From: Azospirillum sp. 51_20
GTDB taxonomy: Bacteria > Pseudomonadota > Alphaproteobacteria > RF32 > CAG-239
Direction of reading: 5' to 3'
Length of the DNA: 64,000 nucleotides
NCBI GenBank assembly: GCA_001917175.1
Contig: MNTV01000019.1
Coordinates: 22,940-86,939 of the forward strand
Shown: positions 28,119 to 35,986 of the stretch, piece after piece
How the letters are laid out: each line of letters starts with the position of its first letter
Position numbering within the stretch: the first letter of the stretch is position 1
Notes under the pieces: model-generated
Told to the model about the DNA's origin: nothing
The model's database searches: none
Seen by the model: only the letters and a program-made list of their open reading frames with translations
Program-made: the position numbers and the translations under genes

Positions 28119-28936
28119 ATGGACAACAGCGAAGATATCGAAGAAGAAAAAAAGCCCGGCCGGAAAACGAAATCAAACCGGAAGTCAAATCCTTTAACGA
28201 CGAAATTGAGCAAAAAGCCGCCGAAATGCAAGCGCAGCACGGTGACAAATTCAACGCGGAACGCTTCAAATCGGCAGCCAGGGAATATGCCGAGAAGAAC
28301 GGCAACCTCAACGGCATCAGCGCCGACAATTTCGTTGAAAAAGACAAAGAAAACATAGGCAACGGTCAGGGCAAAAGCTACGGCCTTGAACAGGTAAACG
28401 GCAAGTTTATCGCGCGGGGAAGCGACGGCAGCATCCTTGAAGGCAGCAGTTTTGAAGAAATTAACGACAAAGTCTGCGCCGATCTGGTTCAACACTGCAA
28501 ATCCCAGGGCAGAGAAGCAACCATCGGCCTGCACTCCGACAACGAAGAACACAAAAAGACTTTTTCCAAAAACGCCTTGTTAAAACACAACGCCACCATC
28601 ATCGCCGGCTGGCCGGAAGACAAGCAGTTCTGGAAAAACCTGAAAGACGAATACCTGAAAGACGAAAACCACACGCTGGCGGACTGGGAAAAGATGACGC
28701 GCAAAATTCCCGACGACGTCATGAGCCGTACCCCCGAAGAGCGCGCCCGCGTGAAGAAACTGAACGACGCCGAACTGCTGAAAGCAATGCGCCGCGGCAA
28801 CAATCCTTATCTTAATCCGCAGGAAAACAAACCGCAGCAACCGGCAAACGCTTTGCAAAACAATAACAGCAAAGGCAAAACGCTGACTGCCGGGCAAATG
28901 AAAGCGCTGAGCGGCCGCGGCGGCCAGAGCCTGTAG
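28119..28936 (+). CDS. hypothetical protein whose full length needs a -1 frame change at A_AAA_AAG (28148-28154)
   Basis: Promoter and RBS serve ATG 28119 (MDNSEDIEEEKK). The long ORF (to 28936) is open from 28103 in the -1 frame but has no ATG, GTG or TTG before 28226. The frames meet at an A7 run. Confidence 0.5.
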
Positions 28937-29281
28937 TTCGTTTATGCGGCAAAAACACTCCCGGGCAGGTTTCGGGAGTGTTTTTTTATGATTCGGGCGT
29001 CTGCGCAGGCAGATGCAGGTATCTCGTCCCGGCCGCAAAGATTGCAAAGCTCTTGGACCGGGCGTTTGATGTCCGGAACGGCTATGCCGCTTGCGGCAGC
29101 CGGCGGAAGTTTATGCCCGGAAACACGGATACGGGACAAAAACGCATCGCTTTCTTTCCGTCGCCCGGCCGGCCGTTTCAAAAATCGAAAATATTTTTTG
29201 TCAATCTCTTGACAGCCGTCAAAAAAGTTGTATTCCTACCACGGTTTAAAAAACAAGCAAAAAAAAGAAAGACGACTCATC

Positions 29282-31027
29282 ATGCTGGCACTTTGGAAAA
29301 AATTTCAACAATTTTACGGCAGACAATTTGCTCCGAAAATTTACGAAGTCCTTAAAACGGGCTATGACACGGAAAAATTCCGCCGCGACTGCATCTCAGG
29401 AATAACCGTCGCCGTCATTTCAATTCCGCTGGCAATGGCTTTGGCAATCGCTTCCGGCGTTACGCCGGCACAGGGACTTTACACCGCCATCGTCGCCGGA
29501 TTTTTCATCGCCCTGCTCGGCGGCAGCCGCTACCAGATCGGCGGCCCGACCGGCGCTTTTGTCGTCGTCATCTTCAACGTTATGCAAAACTACGGCTACA
29601 ACGGCCTGGCCGCCACCATGCTGATCGCCGGCTGCGTACTCGTCATCAGCGGTTATCTGCGTCTCGGCTCTTACATCAAATACATTCCCTATCCGGTGGT
29701 CGTCGGCTTTACCGCCGGCATCGGACTGTCGCTGATTTCCACCCAGGTCAAGGATTTGCTGGGGCTGAAAATAGAAAACGTGCCGGCCGAATTCCTGCCC
29801 AAATGGGAAAGTTACCTCGCCAACCTTAACTCTTTCAGCGCCGCTTCGCTGGTCATTTCTTTGTTATCGCTTTCCGCTATCCTTTACATGCAGATCAAAA
29901 AACTGAAGCTGCCGGCCTATCTTGTCTGCGTTACCGGCGCCACGCTGCTGGTCGCCGTCTTCGGCCTTAACATTGACACCATCGGCAACAAATTCGGCGG
30001 CGTGCCGCATTTTCTGCCGATGCCGAAAATGCCCGACATTTCGGTCAATTTGCTGCTCAAAGTGCTGCCGAGCGGCCTGACCATCGCTTTTCTGGCCGGC
30101 GTGGAATCGCTTTTGAGCGCCACCGTCGTCGACGGCATGAGCGGCGACAACCACAATTCCAACGCCGAACTGGTGGCGGAAGGCGCCGCCAACATCTTCT
30201 GCATGTTCTTTGCCGGCGTACCGGCCACCGGCGCCATTGCCAGAACCGCCGCCAACTTCAAGGCCAGAGCCTATTCCCCGGTATCGGGCATCATGCAGTC
30301 GGTATTTTTGCTGCTGTTTATGCTGCTGTTGGCGCCGGCCGCCAAATACATTCCGCTGGCCTGCCTGTCGGCGGTGCTGGTTCTGATCGGCTGGAACATG
30401 ATGGGGCTGGGAAAAATCTTCAAACTGCTGCAGGGACCGCGCGGCGACCGTTACACCCTTGTCGTCACCCTGCTTTTGACCGTTCTGGTCGACCTCAACA
30501 CCGCCATCAGCGTCGGCTTCATCATGGCCAGCATTATCTTTATGCACCGCATGAGCCGGGAAATCGAAATTGAAACCGACGAACAGGTGCTGGAAGAAGA
30601 CGGCGGCGGCCGCGACCTGACACAGGTTCTGCACGAAAAAGGCGTGATGTCGCTCAGACTTTCCGGTCCGCTGTTTTTCGGCGGGGCTTCCCAGGTATCG
30701 CACTTTTTTCAAAAAATAGGCGAAGCGCCGAAGGTACTGATTCTGCGGATGGGATACGTTCCGGTCGTTGACGCCACCGGCGCCAACATCATCATCGAAT
30801 TCATCAAAAAAGTAAAAAAATACGACACGAAAATTATTCTTTCCAACGTCAAGAAACAGCCGCGGCGCGTTCTGCACAACGCTTTTCTGAAAGAAGGAAT
30901 CGACTTTCACACCATTTCCATCGCCTCTTCTTTCCAAAACGCGCTGAAAATTACCCGGCGTTATCTGAAAAACAAAGAACAGGAGGAAAAACTGCCGGCA
31001 GCGGAAAAGACGGAGGAAAACGTCTGA
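29282..31027 (+). CDS. SulP family anion (sulfate) permease with C-terminal STAS domain
   Basis: GYDTEKFRRDCISGITVAVISIPLAMALA N-terminal signature, ~11 TM segments, STAS-like C-terminus. Confidence 0.9.
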   Translation: MLALWKKFQQFYGRQFAPKIYEVLKTGYDTEKFRRDCISGITVAVISIPLAMALAIASGVTPAQGLYTAIVAGFFIALLGGSRYQIGGPTGAFVVVIFNVMQNYGYNGLAATMLIAGCVLVISGYLRLGSYIKYIPYPVVVGFTAGIGLSLISTQVKDLLGLKIENVPAEFLPKWESYLANLNSFSAASLVISLLSLSAILYMQIKKLKLPAYLVCVTGATLLVAVFGLNIDTIGNKFGGVPHFLPMPKMPDISVNLLLKVLPSGLTIAFLAGVESLLSATVVDGMSGDNHNSNAELVAEGAANIFCMFFAGVPATGAIARTAANFKARAYSPVSGIMQSVFLLLFMLLLAPAAKYIPLACLSAVLVLIGWNMMGLGKIFKLLQGPRGDRYTLVVTLLLTVLVDLNTAISVGFIMASIIFMHRMSREIEIETDEQVLEEDGGGRDLTQVLHEKGVMSLRLSGPLFFGGASQVSHFFQKIGEAPKVLILRMGYVPVVDATGANIIIEFIKKVKKYDTKIILSNVKKQPRRVLHNAFLKEGIDFHTISIASSFQNALKITRRYLKNKEQEEKLPAAEKTEENV

Positions 31028-31030
31028 AAA

Positions 31031-31061
31031 CAAAGCCCCGGCTCCGGCCGGGGTTTGTTTT
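31031..31061 (+). terminator. rho-independent terminator
   Basis: CAAAGCCCCGGC-tccg-GCCGGGGTTTG followed by a T-run. Confidence 0.7.
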
Positions 31062-31094
31062 GCCCGCCCGGCAAAAAGCCGTACGAAACGGCGC

Positions 31095-31123
31095 TGGACA
31101 AAAACGCTCCGTTCGGTTATAAT
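31095..31123 (+). promoter_or_regulatory. sigma70-type promoter
   Basis: TGGACA (31095-31100), 17-nt spacer, TATAAT (31118-31123). AGGAG RBS precedes ATG 31158. Confidence 0.5.
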
Positions 31124-31157
31124 CCGACAATATCCATAACCAGCAGCAGGAGAAAAC

Positions 31158-31715
31158 ATGAAAGACGTTTATCGTGTCGTATGCAGCGAAAACCAAAAAC
31201 TTTATCCCGGACAGGTTTTTGTAGACTTTATGCCGGCCGGACAAAGCCGGCAGGAAAACTGCCTTAACCACGATGCCATTTTGCAAATGCGGCGGACGAT
31301 TAACCCGGGGGTTGACAGCGTGGAAAACGGACTGATCCTGACCGACTACGGGTTCGGCCGGCCGGAAATGGGTTATGAAGCGGCTTACGGTCCCGAACGG
31401 CGCAAACCCGGATATGACGCCGGAAAATACGAACCGGTTATTCTTGAGCGTTTTCGTCAAATGCGCGAAGCCGGAAAAGAAAAAACGCTCGACGTCAGCA
31501 TAAGCGAACTGGCCGCCCTTTACGGGTTTGAACAAACGGAAGACAACGGCTCTCCCAAAAGCGCACGGGAAGCGGCTTTAATCGAAGAAGCCCGGCGGCA
31601 AAAGGAAATTGCGCGCAAGAAAGCCGAACAAAGGGAATATGAGGCAAAAAAGCAATCCAACCTGTCAACCGAACAGATTTTGAAATGGAAGTATTCCCGC
31701 TATTCCGGCGACTGA
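31158..31715 (+). CDS. hypothetical protein
   Basis: 185 aa with good promoter and RBS context, charged C-terminal helix (EEARRQKEIARKKAEQREYEAKK). Confidence 0.6.
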   Translation: MKDVYRVVCSENQKLYPGQVFVDFMPAGQSRQENCLNHDAILQMRRTINPGVDSVENGLILTDYGFGRPEMGYEAAYGPERRKPGYDAGKYEPVILERFRQMREAGKEKTLDVSISELAALYGFEQTEDNGSPKSAREAALIEEARRQKEIARKKAEQREYEAKKQSNLSTEQILKWKYSRYSGD

Positions 31716-31903
31716 ACGGCATCGCCGCCCTTTCCCGTCCGCCTGCATGACGTCTTCGGCGTTTTTGCCGCACAAACTTTCATCTGCTGAACAAACGGCA
31801 TCAACGTGTTTTGAATCCTGAACGCCTATCATTGAAGTTCCGCAAGTCTGACGATTGGATCAGAATGTCCGCATTCGCCTGCCCGGAAGGATGTTCAAAT
31901 CAT

Positions 31904-31938
31904 AAAAAAACGGCCGGACCCTTTACGGGTCGGACCGT
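31904..31938 (-). terminator. rho-independent terminator
   Basis: Minus strand: imperfect 10-pair hairpin followed by T7, after the stop at 31964. Confidence 0.55.
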
Positions 31939-31963
31939 TAAAATCAATAAACGAATTTTGCCT

Positions 31964-32326
31964 TTAATCATCACCCTTGATACAGCCGAACAGATCGGAG
32001 AACAAAGATATCGTGAAAAGCACCGCCACGAGAAGAAACATCAGCAGGCTGAACAAAAACTCAACGCTGAACAACGTTGCCGCCACTGTTCCCACATAAA
32101 CGATCAGCGGCACCAATCTGAACAAGATTCCGTTCCTAAACATTTTTCCCAGACGCAACCGGTTTCTTCTGTCCACGAATTCTCGCTCGTCAATTTTTGA
32201 CAGCCCGATTCCGTAAACGAAAAGCCACAGCAGATCGGCAATCTGAAGATAAATGATCTCACTGACAAACAGGTGAACGGTGATGATGCCGACGATCAGA
32301 AACAAAGCAACGAAAAATTTTTTCAT
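31964..32326 (-). CDS. small membrane protein, unknown function
   Basis: 120 aa with 3-4 hydrophobic segments; a terminator follows. Confidence 0.5.
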   Translation of the reverse strand: MKKFFVALFLIVGIITVHLFVSEIIYLQIADLLWLFVYGIGLSKIDEREFVDRRNRLRLGKMFRNGILFRLVPLIVYVGTVAATLFSVEFLFSLLMFLLVAVLFTISLFSDLFGCIKGDD

Positions 32327-32515
32327 ACATTTTTTATTTTTACGGTTAATAATTTACTGGTAATTGATTTGCGGAAAAAATTATATTTTATTTTCATTTT
32401 TTTGTCAAGTTTATAAAAAAGCGTCTGCTCCGAAAACCAAAAAGCGGACGCAAGACCAGAACCCGAAAAAAAACGGAGAGGCAGTCCTCTCCGTTTTTTG
32501 TCGTCCGAACAAACG

Positions 32516-34800
32516 TCAGAATTTATATTTGGCGTTTAACAGACCGGTATGGTCGGTATAATCGTCACGGAACTGTCCTTCATAACGGAGCGACAATTCG
32601 ACATTGTCGTTGACTTCCGCCGTCAGGCCGGCGCCGAGTTCAACACCGAAGCGGTCCAAAGCTTCGCCGTCGACGCGATATGCCGCGCCGTTGGCCAAAG
32701 TAACGACCGAACCGCCCGCATCATTAAACATATCATAAGTGAGGGCAACCCGGACTTCAGGACGCAGGGTCATCTCGTTTTCAAGCGTAAATTCCCTGTC
32801 CGCTTTGGCGCCGATCACGCCGGTCAGGATGTCGGAATCGTTGGCAGAAACCCGCTGGTCAACCGTATCCGTATAAGCGTCCTGACTGGTATGGACATAA
32901 CGCAGTCCTGCTTCCGGAGTCAGGTTAAAGCCTTTGACCTGCATTTCATAACCGGTCATCGCCTGCAGACCGAGAGAAGTTGCGTCATAGTCGGCGTTAA
33001 CATTGTAACCGGCCACGTTTTTGCTTTCCGAATAATCGGACCAGCCGTACGAAACAACGCCGTTGACAAACCATGCGGAAGGTTTGTATTCGCCGTACAA
33101 AATCGCCGTATGGGTATCAACGTCGGTCGAACGCATAAAGCCGTCAATGTCGGTGTTGGTATAGGCATAACCGATACCCAGCTTGACCTGATCGTTCACG
33201 CGTTTTTCCAAACCCATGGCAACCCCGGCGGAATCGGCGTCAAAGCCTTTGGTTTTTGCCGTATCGTCAAGCTCGGAACGGTTGAACATTCCCTGAATCC
33301 ACATGGCAACCCGTTCAAAAACGTTGTCGCCGGAAGAAACGCCTTCTGCTCCGGCTTCACCGGCAGCAGCAATCGCACCGCCGCTCAAACGCGTGGAAAC
33401 GGCACCGAACACCTGGTTAACCGTCTGGCTTTCGCTTTGCGTAAAACCATCGGCGCAACTTCAGGCGCAAGAGCCGTCGCCGCATTCAAAGCGGTCTGGA
33501 CGTCGGAAGCGTGAGCCGACTGGATCAGGCCACCGATACGTTCTGCCACCGCGTCAAAACGTGCGCTGCCGGTTTTGCTGCCGGCAACGGCGCTGATGGT
33601 ATTGGCCTGGTTGACGTTTGCACCGGTCGAAGCGACAAAGTCGCCGGCTGTTTTTTTGCTGATCGTATAAGAGCCGTTTTCGTTGGCCTTAATATTATAC
33701 AAGGCGTTCTGGGCAATGTTGAATTCCTTGTCCAGCGAGCCCTCTTCCGTAATCAGATCATATTCGCCGCCCGCATATCCGTTGGCAAAGACAAGCGACA
33801 GGGTTGCCCCTTTGTTTACAACATCGTTGCTGATGGTCGTCGTGCCCGTCTTAACCGTCAAAACGGTGTCTTTGGCAAAAGTGGTGGTACCGTTGCCGGC
33901 AATACCGCCGTCAAGCGTAACGTCACCGGTAAAGTTCAGTTCGCCGGCATTATAGACGTCGTTTAACTTGCCGCCCGCCTTGTTGCCGGAAAAAACGGCG
34001 CCGCCCATATTCAGCTTGCCGTCATTATAAACGGCACCGCCGAGCCCCGTTGCTTCATTGTTTTCAAAAACGCTTACGCCGGCAATCGTCATTTCGGCGT
34101 TTTTGCCGCCGTAGTTTGCGTTATAAACGGCGCCGCCGTCGGTCGCCGCACGGTTTTCGGCAAAAGAGGCTCCTTCGCCGAGCCGCATGCTGCCACCCCA
34201 GTTGGCAACGGCACCGCCGGTTTTGCCGGCAGAGTTTCCGCTGAAGACGGCGTTTTTGCCGATGGTAATTTCGGCTTTGTCACCGGCATTGAAATTCATG
34301 ACCGCGCCGCCGTGGGAAGTTTCGCTTTTGTTTCCTTTGAATTCGGCATTGTCACCGATCGTCAGCACAGCTTCCCGGCCGTCGGTATCCTGATAAACGG
34401 CGCCGCCGCCGTAACCGATGGCCATATTGTTATGGAATTTGGCATTGTCGCCGATGGTGCTGGTTGCGCGCTGATTGTGATAAGCGCCGCCCTGCATGGC
34501 GGAAGTGTTGCCGATAAAAGACACGTTGTCGCCGATTACGGCCGCGCCGGACGCATCAACGGTCGAAACGGCACCGCCGACGGAACCGGCATTGCCGTTG
34601 AAAACGACGCCGTCGGCAACGGTCAGTTTTCCCGAATTGAGGATTGCGCCGCCCTGGAGTTCACTGTTGTCATTTGCCGACATTTCGGCATTGACAGCTT
34701 CTTCTTCCCCCGACGAAACGACCAGTCTTTCCGCGCGGGCATCGGAAACCGCAAAAGCTGCAGCAATCAACGCTGTTGTAAACAAAAGTCTGTTTTTCAT
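32516..34800 (-). pseudogene. Pmp-repeat autotransporter (type Va) split by a frameshift
   Basis: 33385-34800 encodes a signal peptide (MKNRLLFTTALIAAAFAVSDARA) and at least 7 GGA[VIM]/F..N Pmp-type repeats. 32516-33412 encodes a beta-barrel ending LLNAKYKF. The frames join as ...APEVAPMV | TQSESQTVNQVFGAVSTRLSGG across A4 at 33443-33446. One extra base would give a single ~760-aa ORF. Confidence 0.8.
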
Positions 34801-34989
34801 ATTTCAGTTCCTTAAAATTTGAGTCAAAAACGGATGATAAAAATATCCGGCCTGTCGTCGAAGATCCGTACCCCGACAAAACCGACCCGGCGCTTTCGCA
34901 CCGTATCGGCAGCAATTCCGCCGGCATTTCAAAAAAGTCACAAAGCTTTGTTTTCTTTTGATTTTCCTTTCTAACTTCCTGTTTTATCA

Positions 34990-35180
34990 ATAGCAAAACA
35001 GTCACCTGATACGGGTGACTGGGAGTTAGAACCAATTGTAAGAATTGTGCAGCGTATTGAGCATATGCAAATGCCTTATTAACTGCCTCCCAGTCATAGA
35101 CCAAAAGGCAGTTTTACACCTACTATCCGTAAGCAACTTACAAGAGGGTTCTAAACCTCGCACCGGTTATCTGCCGGTGC
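34990..35180 (-). ncRNA. candidate ~190-nt structured RNA or cis-regulatory leader, class unknown
   Basis: Own promoter, 5' hairpin, long closing helix, internal hairpin, intrinsic terminator, and a 10-bp alternative pairing that competes with the terminator (details in findings). Confidence 0.4.
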
Positions 35181-35186
35181 AAAAAC

Positions 35187-35215
35187 AGATTATTCTAATT
35201 TAAGCTTCAAGTCAA
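35187..35215 (-). promoter_or_regulatory. sigma70-type promoter for the candidate RNA
   Basis: Minus strand: TTGACT (35215-35210), 17-nt spacer, TAATCT (35192-35187). Confidence 0.45.
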
Positions 35216-35303
35216 ACATAATCACAAACAATGGTATATAAACTTTTCAGCTGGTTGTTTTTCAAACGAAAAACGGAAGAAAAAAGGAATACGGAAAATT
35301 TGA

Positions 35304-35716
35304 AGGACTGTGCGACGCTGTCGCTCTTTCTCACAAAACATCTAAATTCGCAATTGCCGCTTTGCGGCTTTGCTCATTACGGTGTTTTGTGCCCTTGCAG
35401 ACGTTTTTTGCCGGAGCAGCGGCAAAAAACGCTTAGCGGGCCTCTCGGTTCAAGCCCTGTATCCGCCACAAAAAAAAACGCCCTTACGGGCGTTTGGTGG
35501 CGGAGAGTACAGGACTGCGCGACGCTGTCGCTCCTTCTCACAAAACATCTAAATTCGCAATTGCCGCTTTGCGGCTTTGCTCATTAAGGTGTTTTGTGCC
35601 CTTACAGACGTTTTTTGCCGGAGCAGCGGCAAAAAACGCTTAGCGGGCCTCTCGGTTCGAGCCCTGTATCCGCCACAAAAAAAACGCCCTTACGGGCGTT
35701 TGGTGGCGGAGAGTAC
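35304..35716. repeat. two tandem direct repeats (207 and 206 bp) abutting tRNA-Ser
   Basis: Unit 1 is 35304-35510 and unit 2 is 35511-35716. I saw five substitutions and one A8/A9 length difference. Each unit ends in the tRNA 3'-terminal sequence. Confidence 0.9.
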
Positions 35717-35791
35717 AGGACTCGAACCTGTGCACCGTTATTCACGGTGACGGATTAGCAATCCGCTGCATTACCACTCTGCCAACTCTCC
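35704..35791 (-). tRNA. tRNA-Ser (anticodon GCU), CCA encoded
   Basis: Cloverleaf folded by hand: acceptor GGAGAGT/ACTCTCC, anticodon loop TTGCTAA, long variable arm CACCG-TGAATAA-CGGTG, T arm ACAGG-TTCGAGT-CCTGT, discriminator G then CCA. Confidence 0.95.
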
Positions 35792-35810
35792 ATTGACAAG
35801 TTACCGGGTA

Positions 35811-35839
35811 TATTTAGCGTAAGTTTTTTGTTCAGTCAA
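35811..35839 (-). promoter_or_regulatory. candidate promoter for tRNA-Ser
   Basis: Minus strand: TTGACT (35839-35834), 17-nt spacer, TAAATA (35816-35811), ~19 nt before the mature 5' end. Confidence 0.4.
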
Positions 35840-35899
35840 TCTTTTTTTGCAATTCTTTTATATTTCTTTGCAACAGCTTTGATTTTTGTCGAAAACAAT

Positions 35900-35927
35900 T
35901 TGACAACCACCCGATTTATGCTATTAT
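35900..35927 (+). promoter_or_regulatory. sigma70-type promoter for the PcfJ-like/LRR gene
   Basis: TTGACA (35900-35905), 16-nt spacer, TATTAT (35922-35927). Confidence 0.5.
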
Positions 35928-35986
35928 TTTGTCCAATTTTAATTTATTTCAGAAAACAGTTTTTTCGGGGAAAAATCGGGGAAAAA

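Noticed and set aside
35231-35587. 118-aa ORF (and 35370-35552) spanning the tandem repeats
   Set aside because: It exists only because the repeat is read through twice (LTKHLNSQLPLCGFAH occurs twice). It has no RBS and is interrupted by terminator hairpins.
35304-35716. Circularly permuted (two-piece) alphaproteobacterial tmRNA hidden in the tandem repeat
   Set aside because: On the plus strand, ...GGTTCGAGCCCTGTATCCGCCA is followed by a loop and then the complementary GGCGGA, as in permuted ssrA. However, the T-arm does not fold (CTCGG/CCTGT). The only nearby reading frame ends ...LPLCGFAH*, not a hydrophobic AA-type tag. The 5' strand is simply the complement of the real tRNA-Ser 3' end.
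35828-35986. TTG-initiated 53-codon N-terminal extension of the PcfJ/LRR ORF
   Set aside because: The extension is AT-rich and Phe/Leu/Ile-rich. It overlaps the tRNA-Ser promoter candidate and contains the gene's own TTGACA-16-TATTAT promoter. ATG 35987 has a GGGGA RBS.
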